A stretch of DNA of 64,000 nt from Lentimicrobium sp. (GCF_023957275.1 NZ_JAMLHF010000004.1); one strand, 5' to 3'. Counted from the stretch's first letter, positions 1 to 8,894 are shown. A program made the numbers and translations. The notes: a model not told the origin generated them from the letters alone.

Positions 1-583
1 TACCAGAATAAGGATTCGGGTATGCTTCAACCCTCGATTCCAAACCCTGAGTTCGATTATTCGTCCAAAGAAAAGTCAAACCATAATTACCAGAAGCATC
101 AGTATAAGCACTATCAACCCTAGAATTATCCTCAGGATTCACAGCAACAACCTTAACATTCCCCAACACATTATTATTAGGAATACCTCTAACATTACCA
201 TCAATGTGTATGGTATTTTCAAGGCTGGCTTTAAAAATGCTGCCCTTCTCCGGGAGGGAGCAGGAAAATGGTTTCCGGGCATCCGGGCCATGGTCATTAA
301 CTGTTGTGCTGATGTATTGCGCTGCACTATCAAGGTAGAGAATAGCGGACAATTCTTTGGTATGGTCAACCGCTGCATACAGATTGCCCAGCATCAGGGT
401 AAAGAAGAAGGAGGCGGCCAGTCTGAACACGTTGAAAGAAAGCGTCATCCGCTGTTTAAACCGCTTTTCAAAAGCCGTTTCTACGGGTAGCTGCATGCAG
501 GCCAGCGCCCTATCAAATCGTTTGCAGACATGGATTAAGTGAATTTTGGAGATCAGTGCCTGGCTGGGGTAATGTTTCTTCAT
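1..583 (-). CDS. Partial (runs off left edge) secreted protein with a carboxypeptidase-regulatory-like segment and a YPNP T9SS-CTD-like motif; not in the supplied ORF track
   Basis: Manual translation of the minus strand is open from ATG 583 to the edge; in-frame ATG 709 and ATG 448 are alternative starts: MKKHYPSQ...FRLAASFFFTLMLGNLYAAVDH...NVKVVAVNPEDNSRVDSAYTDASGNYGLTFLWTNNRTQGLESRVEAYPNPYSG. A hydrophobic signal-like stretch precedes LYA/A. Confidence 0.7.
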   Translation of the reverse strand, partial: MKKHYPSQALISKIHLIHVCKRFDRALACMQLPVETAFEKRFKQRMTLSFNVFRLAASFFFTLMLGNLYAAVDHTKELSAILYLDSAAQYISTTVNDHGPDARKPFSCSLPEKGSIFKASLENTIHIDGNVRGIPNNNVLGNVKVVAVNPEDNSRVDSAYTDASGNYGLTFLWTNNRTQGLESRVEAYPNPYSG

Positions 584-870
584 ATGCTTCCAGCGTCTTC
601 CTTCCACTTTCTGCTGCGAAATATGCCCGTGATGCAGCCCCCGGCCATTGTTAAAAAGCCTATGGGCCGACCACCTTAACGATCTTCTGCTTCTTTCATA
701 CTGTCCCATAAGTATATCTTTTAGTCAGGTAAAGAATGGTGTTCGGACATGACCGAATATTGTGTAATAAATAGATAATCAATAACATAAAGAAATAGAT
801 ATGATTATGGTGTCTAAATTTACGTCAAAAATGAAGGATTTTTACAGGGGAAGGAAATTATTTTTTTAGT

Positions 871-1260
871 GGGGGTGGTCCCGGCTCCGTGGTACCCGGA
901 TGGTCTCGGCTTCGTGGTACCCGGATGGTCTCGGCTCCGCTCGACCACCGGGCTTCATGTTCCGGATGGTCTCGGCTCCGCTCGACCACCGGGATTGCGC
1001 CCGACCCCGACCACCGAGAGTAATTGTGGTGGTCGAGCGGAGCCGAGACCACCATGCCACCAGGCTCTGTCCAACCACAATTATGTTTTGAATTTTGTTG
1101 TGGTGGTCGAGCGGAGCCGAGACCACCATACTTACGATCGGCACCGAGACCACCATGCCACCAGGTTCTGCCCAACCACAATTATGTTTTGAATTTTGTC
1201 ACTGGTGGTCGAGCGTAGCCGAGACCACCATGCCTCCAAGCGGAGTGGAGACCACCACAC
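871..1260. repeat. Composite REP/BIME-like repeat cluster (locus A)
   Basis: Core GGTGGTCGAGCGGAGCCGAGACCACCAT at 1028-1055, 1102-1129 and 1204-1231 (1 mismatch); reverse-orientation copies at 926-949 and 967-990; CCGGATGGTC at 896, 921, 962; 43-bp near-duplicate at 1056-1098 and 1157-1199. Confidence 0.9.
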
Positions 1261-1385
1261 CTCTGCGCGGAGCCAATATCAACACATCTGACTTAGGTTG
1301 CTTCGCCAAATTTCCGGGCTGGGAATTTTTTAGAAAGATTTACAAATCTGACTTCGATATTATGGTTAACCATCATAGTATTTAC

Positions 1386-1393
1386 TACTTTTG
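1386..1393 (+). promoter_or_regulatory. Bacteroidota -7 promoter element TACTTTTG for the aspartase-like gene
   Basis: Matches TAnnTTTG and ends 4 nt before ATG 1398. Confidence 0.5.
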
Positions 1394-1397
1394 ATCC

Positions 1398-2840
1398 ATG
1401 CAACACCGCACCGAAACCGATTTTCTGGGCAGCCGCCGGATCCCGGCCGAAGCGCTCTATGGCATCAACGCCCTCCGCGCGCGTGAAAACTTTCCCGATA
1501 CCACGGTTTTTCATGAAGAGTGGTACCGGGCCATGGGTTTGGTAAAGCAAGCCTGTTACCTGACGGCATCTTCCTTTTATAAAGCGCTGGAGCAGAAACT
1601 GGGTTCAGCCATGCCTGCGATCCGCAGGGTGCCTGCTTCGGTGCTTGAAGCGATAACTGAAGCCGCCCGGGAGGTTTCTGCCGGGCAGCATGTCGCTCAT
1701 TTCATCGTGCCGGCCATCAGCGGTGGAGCGGGTACCAGCATCAACATGAATGTAAATGAGATCATTGCCAATGTGGCCCTGTTGAAACTTGGTTTCAACC
1801 CGGGAAACTACAGCGAGGTGGATCCGACCGAGCATGCCAATATCTTTCAGAGTACAAACGATGTGGTGCCAACAGCGCTGAAAGTGGCCGTTATGCTGCT
1901 GCTGAACGATCTGGAAAAGTCCGTTAACCGGCTGAGAGGCGGTTTTGAGGCGCTCGAAGGCCGCTACCGCGATAATCTGCGCATTGGCTACACCCAGATG
2001 CAGGAGGCGGTACCTTCGTCGTACGGAAAACTGTTTTCGAATTACAGCGATGCGCTTTCGCGCGACTGGTGGCGCGTTTCAAAGTGCTTCGAGCGCATCA
2101 AGGTGGTGAACCTGGGCGGAAGTGCCATCGGTACTTCTGTGGCGGTGCCGCGCTTTTTCGTTATGGAGGTGACGAAGCAGTTGCAGCATCTCACAGGACT
2201 TCCCGTAACCCGGGGCGAAAACCTCAGCGATACCACAAGCAACCTGGACGCTTTTGTTGAAGTGCACGCCATTATGAAGGCCCTGGCGGTAAATCTTGAA
2301 AAGATCGTGAACGACATCCGACTGCTGGCCTCCGATATTGCCGGCGCCCGGCTGAAGTTGCCGCAACTGCAGGCAGGCAGCTCCATCATGCCGGGTAAGG
2401 TGAATCCGGTGATTCCTGAATTTGTCATCAGCGCAGCACATCAGGTGTATGCCAATGATGCGCTGATCACCGGGTTGTGTGCGCAGGGCTGCCTCGACCT
2501 TAACGCATATCTTCCCCTGATCGGACATGCCCTGCTGGGCAGCCTGAAATTACTGGTGGCTTCCTGTAATACCATGCTGACAAATATGATCAGCGGGCTG
2601 GAAGTGGATACCACCGCCAGCCTGGACCAGTTGCTGCGCAGTCCGGCCATCGCCACGGCCCTCACACCTTACATCGGTTACCACAAGGCGACCGAAGTCG
2701 CGCTGCTGATGAAACCCGGACATAAAGGCATTTTGGAAATCAACAGCGAAATGAAACTCTTACCTGCTGAAAAACTGGAAGAGATTTTAAAACCTTCCAA
2801 TCTGTTAAAAGCCGGATACACCATCAATGATCTAACTTAA
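1398..2840 (+). CDS. aspA: Aspartate ammonia-lyase-like protein (fumarase/aspartase superfamily), hydF-linked
   Basis: RTETDFLG..YGINALRARENF N-terminus, GGAGTSINMNVNEIIAN, QSTND and the GSSIMPGKVNP signature. Confidence 0.85.
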   Translation: MQHRTETDFLGSRRIPAEALYGINALRARENFPDTTVFHEEWYRAMGLVKQACYLTASSFYKALEQKLGSAMPAIRRVPASVLEAITEAAREVSAGQHVAHFIVPAISGGAGTSINMNVNEIIANVALLKLGFNPGNYSEVDPTEHANIFQSTNDVVPTALKVAVMLLLNDLEKSVNRLRGGFEALEGRYRDNLRIGYTQMQEAVPSSYGKLFSNYSDALSRDWWRVSKCFERIKVVNLGGSAIGTSVAVPRFFVMEVTKQLQHLTGLPVTRGENLSDTTSNLDAFVEVHAIMKALAVNLEKIVNDIRLLASDIAGARLKLPQLQAGSSIMPGKVNPVIPEFVISAAHQVYANDALITGLCAQGCLDLNAYLPLIGHALLGSLKLLVASCNTMLTNMISGLEVDTTASLDQLLRSPAIATALTPYIGYHKATEVALLMKPGHKGILEINSEMKLLPAEKLEEILKPSNLLKAGYTINDLT

Positions 2841-2979
2841 CCGGTGATTATGGCTGCATCTGGCTTACAAACAGTACATTCCTTGATAATAAATCCATGA
2901 ATCTTTTCATCACAAAAGCATAAAAACACCAGAATCCAATTAATATTTTTGGAATCATTTACCCGCGCAAGCGAAAATG

Positions 2980-2987
2980 TATCTTTG
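2980..2987 (+). promoter_or_regulatory. -7 promoter element TATCTTTG upstream of hydF
   Basis: TAnnTTTG match 140 nt before the hydF ATG. Confidence 0.45.
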
Positions 2988-3041
2988 AACCGATCCCGAA
3001 CCCGAAAGCTATAGGGACTATCGGGAGAGTTCAGCGAAGCT

Positions 3042-3127
3042 AATCTTTGAATCTTTGAATCCTTGAATCTTTGAATTTTTGAATCTTTGAATCCTTGAAT
3101 CCTTGAATCCTTGAATTTTGAATCCTT
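3042..3127. repeat. Tandem repeat of an 8-nt unit AATC(T/C)TTG, 11 units, abutting the hydF start codon
   Basis: Nine 8-nt units and two 7-nt units, then ATG at 3128. Confidence 0.95.
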
Positions 3128-4357
3128 ATGTCCAAAGGAAAAGATACCAAACCCCATATCGGCATTTTTGGCCGTCGCAACAACGGAAAAAGTTCGCTGA
3201 TCAATGCCCTGGCGGGGCAGGAGTTGGCCATTGTCTCGGACGTGGCCGGAACAACTACCGATCCTGTTAAGAAATCTATGGAAATTCCCGGGATAGGTCC
3301 GGTAATTCTGATTGATACAGCCGGGATTGACGATACCGGAGAACTGGGACTGAAGCGGGTGGAAAAATCCCGCGAAATGCTGAAAGTCATTGACTTTGCC
3401 ATTCTGGTGATCACCGGAAATGAGTTTTCGCAGGAGGAGGAGAAACTGATTGCTGAATTTGAGGAAAAAGCTGTTCCTTTTCTGGTGCTGCACAATAAGA
3501 GTGATCTTCAACCCCTTGGTGCAGGCCTGAAGCAGGATCTGGAAACCAGATACACCGTTCCGGTGCTGGAATTCAGCGCGATCAGCAGGCATGGGGTCGA
3601 TGGCCTGGTTGCGGCCATGCAGCGGCTGATCCCCGAATCGGCTTATACCGCGCCCTCCATGCTGGGCGATCTGATTTCATACGGTGATGTGGTGTTACTG
3701 ATAACTCCTATTGATATTGAAGCTCCGGAAGGCAGGATGATCCTGCCACAGGTACAGGCCATCCGTGATATTCTGGATCACGACGGCATTGCCGTGGTGT
3801 GCAAGGAAAGGGAAGTTGACGGCTTTATCAGACGGATGAATCCCAAACCGGCGCTGGTGGTCACCGACAGTCAGGTTTTTCTGAAAGCGGATGCTGCAGT
3901 ACCACCTGAAATACCGCTGACCAGTTTCAGCATTCTACTGGCCAGACAGCGGGGCGATTTCAGGAATTACCTGAAGGGAACGCCCAAACTTTCGGAACTG
4001 AAGGATGGGGACCGCATCCTGATCCTCGAGTCGTGCACCCACCATGTATCCTGCGATGACATCGGCCGCGTGAAAATCCCTCGCTGGCTGGGCAACTTCA
4101 CCGGAAAGAAACTTGAATACGAGGTAGTGGCAGGACTGTCGAAGCTACCGCGCGATATCCGCGATTATGCCATGGTGATTCAGTGCGGTGGCTGTGTGAT
4201 CACCCGCAAACAAATTATCAACAGGCTGAAACCCGCCGTGGATGCCGGTATCCCGGTGACAAACTACGGTATGGCCATTGCCTGGATACACGGAATTTAT
4301 AAAAGGGCCGTTGCTCCATTTTCTGAAGGAGATCACGGTGAGAATGATTATCTTTAA
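3128..4357 (+). CDS. hydF: [FeFe]-hydrogenase H-cluster maturation GTPase HydF
   Basis: GRRNNGKSS P-loop, GTTTD, DTAG, NKSD, and the C-terminal ESCTHH...CGGC Fe-S ligand motif. Confidence 0.95.
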   Translation: MSKGKDTKPHIGIFGRRNNGKSSLINALAGQELAIVSDVAGTTTDPVKKSMEIPGIGPVILIDTAGIDDTGELGLKRVEKSREMLKVIDFAILVITGNEFSQEEEKLIAEFEEKAVPFLVLHNKSDLQPLGAGLKQDLETRYTVPVLEFSAISRHGVDGLVAAMQRLIPESAYTAPSMLGDLISYGDVVLLITPIDIEAPEGRMILPQVQAIRDILDHDGIAVVCKEREVDGFIRRMNPKPALVVTDSQVFLKADAAVPPEIPLTSFSILLARQRGDFRNYLKGTPKLSELKDGDRILILESCTHHVSCDDIGRVKIPRWLGNFTGKKLEYEVVAGLSKLPRDIRDYAMVIQCGGCVITRKQIINRLKPAVDAGIPVTNYGMAIAWIHGIYKRAVAPFSEGDHGENDYL

Positions 4358-4433
4358 CCGGAAAAATTAACGGACTGGTTTGTTTCAGGCTTTTTTACGC
4401 CAGCAGATCGGTTTGTAACTTAAAAGACTGAAA

Positions 4434-5135
4434 ATGAATATTGTTATCACAGGCGCTTCATCCGGTGTCGGGCGTGAAACGGTAAAAATCCTTGCCGGTA
4501 TTCCGGGAAACAGACTGATTGTGATTGCGCGCAACGGTATGAAGATACAGGCATTGTCGGGCGAGTGCAACATCAAACGGCAGGAAACGGTGGTTCAGCC
4601 GCTGCAGTTTGATCTGGCCACCGGTGATATGGAATCGCTTGCGCACCAGATCAACCGCCAGCTTGGCAAAGTCGATATCCTGATCAACAATGCAGGCGCC
4701 ATGCTGAATAAGCCCCTGGGGATGATTACTGCGCCTGAGATAGAAGAGGTATTCAGCGTGAACGTGAAAGCGCCGATGTTGCTGATACAGGCATTGCTCC
4801 CCTTAATGAAACCGGGTTCGCACATCGTGAATATCGGGAGCATGGGAGGCGTGCAGGGAAGCGTGAAATTTCCCGGATTGTCAGCCTACAGCGCCAGCAA
4901 AGGCGCTTTGGCTGTGCTCACAGAATGTCTGGCCGAAGAGCTGAAGGACAGGCAGATTGCCGTCAATTGCCTTGCTTTCGGCGCAGTTCAGACCGAAATG
5001 CTCGCAAAGGCATTTCCCGGCTACGAAGCCCCGGTTTCAGCCGGAAAAATGGCGGAGTTTGTTGCCGATTTCGCTTTAAACGGCAATCGCTATTTCAACG
5101 GAAAGATTTTGCCGGTATCTTTGTCCACTCCCTGA
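4434..5135 (+). CDS. Short-chain dehydrogenase/reductase (SDR)
   Basis: TGASSGVG, NNAG and YSASK motifs. Confidence 0.9.
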   Translation: MNIVITGASSGVGRETVKILAGIPGNRLIVIARNGMKIQALSGECNIKRQETVVQPLQFDLATGDMESLAHQINRQLGKVDILINNAGAMLNKPLGMITAPEIEEVFSVNVKAPMLLIQALLPLMKPGSHIVNIGSMGGVQGSVKFPGLSAYSASKGALAVLTECLAEELKDRQIAVNCLAFGAVQTEMLAKAFPGYEAPVSAGKMAEFVADFALNGNRYFNGKILPVSLSTP

Positions 5136-5145
5136 AAAGAAAAAA

Positions 5146-5565
5146 ATGTCATCCTCAACCGATTGTATTGCAAAAACAGGCGTTGTTCAAAGCATTGAAG
5201 GACAGAAAGTTTTCGTGAAGGTGATCAGCGTGAGCGCCTGTGCCTCCTGCCATGCAAAGGGCGCCTGCACAGCCTCCGATACCAGCGAACGCATCATCGA
5301 AGCCGAGCTTGAGCCCGGCACCAGCCTCAAGCCCGGACAGATTGTGTCGGTTCAAGCCGATGTGAAAGCCGGTAATGCAGCGCTTTTCTATGGCTATATT
5401 CTGCCCTTTCTGCTGGTTTTTGCGGTGCTTGTCATCGCGGCATTGCTGACTTCGGAAGTAGTGGCCGGATTGGTCTCCCTGGGGGTGTTGTTACCCTATT
5501 ATGCCGTCCTGTATCTGCTCAGAGACCGGATGGGAAAGCGGTTCAAATTCAGCATCCAGGCGTGA
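5146..5565 (+). CDS. rseC: RseC/MucC family protein (SoxR-reducing system, Rnf-associated)
   Basis: SACASCHAKGAC Cys motif, two C-terminal TM helices (FYGYILPF), and position upstream of the rnf genes. Confidence 0.85.
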   Translation: MSSSTDCIAKTGVVQSIEGQKVFVKVISVSACASCHAKGACTASDTSERIIEAELEPGTSLKPGQIVSVQADVKAGNAALFYGYILPFLLVFAVLVIAALLTSEVVAGLVSLGVLLPYYAVLYLLRDRMGKRFKFSIQA

Positions 5566-5613
5566 TGATTGAAACTGTCAGGTTTCCTGTTTTTTGTTGT
5601 CTTTAAATGCTAT

Positions 5614-6243
5614 ATGAAGAATCCCTGGTTGCAGATTCCATTTCAGGATTATGAAAATCATATGCGCGATGTCGGTCAGGCGCAGGTGTTACGCCGCTTG
5701 CTTGGCGACTGCCTGAGGCTATACTCGCCCGGCAGCTTCGCCCTGATCGGCTGTGCAACAGGCAATGGCCTTGAAGAGGTTGATCCTGCAGTTACAGGTG
5801 TTATTCATGCCGTGGATATTAATCCCGCTTACCTTGAGCAACTGAATCAACGTTTTGTGCAGATTTTGCCGGGACTGAGCATCCATTGTCTGGATCTGGA
5901 AATTGATCCCCTCACATTCAGCAATGCTGACCTGATTTTCTGCGGACTGGTGCTTGAATACGTGAAACCGGAGGTGCTGATACCAAAATTACTACAAGCA
6001 CTGTCAGCGGATGGTACTTTTGTGATTGTCATACAGCAAACCCGGAATGCCGCTTTTGTAAGCAAAACAAAATATCGTTCCCTTGATTTGCTTTCATCTT
6101 ATGCAGGAATGGTTTCGGGAGTTGATCTTTATGCCCTGCTCCGGGAATTGGGTGTCGAAGTAAGGATGCAATATGATGTGTCCCTGAATGATAGCAAATC
6201 CTTCCGGGTATTTCATTGCTGCAGAAGCCGGATTTCCTCCTGA
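5614..6243 (+). CDS. Class I SAM-dependent methyltransferase-like protein
   Basis: LIGCATGNG motif I, AVDINPAY motif II, ADLIFCGLVLEY; ATG 5614 preferred over TTG 5569. Confidence 0.7.
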   Translation: MKNPWLQIPFQDYENHMRDVGQAQVLRRLLGDCLRLYSPGSFALIGCATGNGLEEVDPAVTGVIHAVDINPAYLEQLNQRFVQILPGLSIHCLDLEIDPLTFSNADLIFCGLVLEYVKPEVLIPKLLQALSADGTFVIVIQQTRNAAFVSKTKYRSLDLLSSYAGMVSGVDLYALLRELGVEVRMQYDVSLNDSKSFRVFHCCRSRISS

Positions 6244-6561
6244 TGATCAGTTATCCGGTTTTCAGTAATTCATGACATTTTTAGTGAATGCTGCTGGTTT
6301 TGAATTGCATCTGTAATGTATTGAATATCAGTTATTATTTGTGGTATTCCTGTACAAGTACATGTAAGAACAGGGTTTTGTTCACAGTCTGATGTAATTT
6401 ATAGAAATTCTAAACAAAATCGGATATACTTGTAAATCAGTTTATAAGAATATGTGTGGTTGACCAAAGCACATTTAATAAATATGTAATGCATTGCAAA
6501 TCAAACGAATAGAATGCATTTAATTTTATAGATCTGCTGCGGACTGTTTTTTTTTTGTTGC

Positions 6562-6569
6562 TACATTTG
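6562..6569 (+). promoter_or_regulatory. -7 promoter element TACATTTG of the rnf operon
   Basis: TAnnTTTG match in the AT-rich spacer, about 60 nt before the rnfB GTG. Confidence 0.5.
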
Positions 6570-6629
6570 TCACGTTCTGCCTTAGCAGGTAAATGAACGC
6601 GGAATGATTTGCACCTAAAAGAGCTGACA

Positions 6630-7511
6630 GTGAACGAAACCGTATTATTTGCCGTACTTTCACTGAGCGCCATCGGAGTTGCCTCTGCGGTAATTCTTTA
6701 TTTTGTCGCTCAGAAATTCAAAGTTATTGAGGATCCCCGGATAGATGTTGTCAATGAAATTCTTCCAGGCGCCAATTGCGGAGGCTGTGGTCTGGCAGGT
6801 TGCCGGGCATTTGCTGAGGAACTGGTCAAAACGGGGGATTTATCGAAGCTGAACTGTCCGGTTGGCGGCAGCGACACTATGAAACAAATAGCGTCGGTGC
6901 TCGGGCTTGAGGCCGAAGAGAAAGAGCCGATGATCGCTGTTGTGCGCTGTAACGGAAGCCGGATTAACGCTCCTCAGAAGGTGATTTTCGATGGAGCTTC
7001 ATCCTGTGCTTTTGCGCATGCCTTATCGGCGGGGGAAAGCGGATGTCCCAACGGATGTCTTGGACTTGGCGATTGTGTGGTATCCTGTAAATTCGATGCG
7101 ATTTATATCAGCCCTGAGACGGGGCTTCCGGTGGTAAGCGATGAGAAATGTGTGGCCTGTGGTGCCTGTGTAACGGCTTGTCCGCGCAAAATCATTGAAC
7201 TCAGGAAGAAAGGGAAAAAGGACCGGAGGATTTTTGTGTCCTGTGTGAATACTGAAAAGGGCGGGCCGGCAAAAAAGAACTGCAGTGTCGCCTGCATCGG
7301 TTGCGGCAAATGCGTGAAAGAATGTCCTTACGAAGCCATCACCCTTCAGAATAACCTGGCCTACATCGATTATGAAAAATGTAAGCTGTGCCGCAAATGT
7401 GCTCCCGTTTGTCCTACCGGGGCCATTCTTGAGACCAATTTCCCGTTGCGGAAGGAAAAGCCCGGTGAACCCGGCACAGAAAAGGCTGCCGAACCTGTTG
7501 TTGCCGGTTAG
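6630..7511 (+). CDS. rnfB: Rnf complex subunit B (polyferredoxin)
   Basis: N-terminal TM helix, LPGANCGGCG..GC FeS domain and several CxxCxxCxxxC motifs; GTG 6630 preferred over TTG 6609. Confidence 0.92.
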   Translation: MNETVLFAVLSLSAIGVASAVILYFVAQKFKVIEDPRIDVVNEILPGANCGGCGLAGCRAFAEELVKTGDLSKLNCPVGGSDTMKQIASVLGLEAEEKEPMIAVVRCNGSRINAPQKVIFDGASSCAFAHALSAGESGCPNGCLGLGDCVVSCKFDAIYISPETGLPVVSDEKCVACGACVTACPRKIIELRKKGKKDRRIFVSCVNTEKGGPAKKNCSVACIGCGKCVKECPYEAITLQNNLAYIDYEKCKLCRKCAPVCPTGAILETNFPLRKEKPGEPGTEKAAEPVVAG

Positions 7512-7561
7512 CCATTCATCAGTCGTTAACAAATTATAAACCAATACGCGGAGGAAATAAT

Positions 7562-8893
7562 TTGAAAACTTTTAAACTTGGCGGAGTTCATCCGGAAGAG
7601 AATAAGATTTCTGCCGGCAAAGCCATTGAAGTTCTCCCCTTGCCGGCAAAAGTCTGCATCCCTGTTTCCCAAAGCCTCGGAGCCCCCTCAAAAGTGGTGG
7701 TGGAAAAAGGCGCAATGGTGAAAACAGGACAGATCATTGCCAAAGGAGAGTCCTTTATTTCATCCAACGTTCATTCATCCGTTGCCGGCAAAGTCACTAA
7801 AATCGACGATGTAATTGATACTTCGGGTTATAAACGTCAGGCTGTTTTCATTGACGTGGAAGGGGATGAATGGGAGGAAGGAATTGACCGATCGCCTGAA
7901 ATTATCTATGATATTGTCTCTGACCGGGATACAATCATCCGTAAGATTAACGAGATGGGTGTGGTTGGTCTTGGTGGCGCCACTTTTCCGTCGCATGTGA
8001 AACTGATGGTTCCGGATGGGAAAAAAGCCGAATATCTCCTGATCAACGGGGTGGAATGTGAGCCTTACCTTACTTCGGATCACCGCCTGATGCTTGAGCG
8101 GGGCGAAGAAATGGTCATTGGCGTTAAAATCCTGATGAAAGCCCTTGGCGTAGGCAAAGCTTTTATCGGAATAGAAAAGAACAAGCAGGATGCCATTGTG
8201 CACCTGAACGTAATCTGCTCGAAGCATCCGGGAGTCGAGGTTGTACCCCTGAAGGTCAAATATCCGCAGGGCGGCGAAAAACAGTTGATCAAAGCGGTTC
8301 TTAACCGTGAAGTTCCTTCGGGTAAACTTCCGATAGAAGTGGGTTGCGTGGTGAATAACGTGGGCACGGCACTGGCCGTGTATGAAGCGGTGCAGAAAAA
8401 CAAGCCGCTGATCGACAGGGTGGTGACTGTTACAGGCAAATCAGTGGCGAAGCCATCGAATCTGCTTGTGCGTATTGGTACGCCGGTAAGCGCGTTGGTT
8501 GAATTTGCCGGTGGTTTGCCCGAAGATGCCGGAAAAGTAATCAGCGGTGGCCCTATGATGGGGAAAGCCCTGACTTCAATGGATGTACCGGTGGTAAAAG
8601 GAACATCCGGCATTCTGATCATGCAGGGTGCCGAATCGAAACGGGCAGCAGCCCTCAACTGCATCCGCTGCGGCCGCTGTATCACGGCTTGCCCGATGGG
8701 GCTTGAGCCTGTACTGCTGGCCCAGCTGTCGGAAAACCAGTTGTTCGAACGCGCTGAGAAAGAAAGGATTATGGATTGCATTGAATGCGGTTCATGTCAC
8801 TTCACCTGCCCGGCTGGTCGTCCATTGCTCGACTACCTCAGGCTTGGTAAAAATAAAACCGGAATACTCATCAGAAATCGGGGGAAGAAATAA
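7562..8893 (+). CDS. rnfC: Rnf complex subunit C
   Basis: GGVHP N-terminus, GLGGATFPSHVK, NGVECEPYLTSD and two 4Fe-4S motifs. Confidence 0.95.
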   Translation: MKTFKLGGVHPEENKISAGKAIEVLPLPAKVCIPVSQSLGAPSKVVVEKGAMVKTGQIIAKGESFISSNVHSSVAGKVTKIDDVIDTSGYKRQAVFIDVEGDEWEEGIDRSPEIIYDIVSDRDTIIRKINEMGVVGLGGATFPSHVKLMVPDGKKAEYLLINGVECEPYLTSDHRLMLERGEEMVIGVKILMKALGVGKAFIGIEKNKQDAIVHLNVICSKHPGVEVVPLKVKYPQGGEKQLIKAVLNREVPSGKLPIEVGCVVNNVGTALAVYEAVQKNKPLIDRVVTVTGKSVAKPSNLLVRIGTPVSALVEFAGGLPEDAGKVISGGPMMGKALTSMDVPVVKGTSGILIMQGAESKRAAALNCIRCGRCITACPMGLEPVLLAQLSENQLFERAEKERIMDCIECGSCHFTCPAGRPLLDYLRLGKNKTGILIRNRGKK

Positions 8894-8894
8894 T

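Noticed and set aside
139-542. Track ORFs 139-378, 206-490 and 357-542
   Set aside because: They are shadows or alternative frames of the longer minus-strand frame that runs off the left edge.
1028-1256. CRISPR array
   Set aside because: The spacers are near-duplicates of each other and of uneven length, the cores occur in both orientations, and there are no cas genes.
858-1394. Several short overlapping ORFs (MVVSAPLDHH / WWSSGAETT peptides) on both strands
   Set aside because: They are translations of the palindromic repeats; the same peptides recur at 15887-16275.
2837-3592. 251-aa minus-strand ORF containing DSKIQRFK repeats
   Set aside because: It is antisense to hydF, and the repeat peptide is just the octamer array read backwards.
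6244-6560. Rex or FNR operator upstream of rnf
   Set aside because: Only a TTCACA half-site is visible; there is no complete dyad.
8628-8894. N-terminal extension of RnfD in the ORF track
   Set aside because: It overlaps the rnfC 3' end; the typical RnfD N-terminus begins at ATG 8895.
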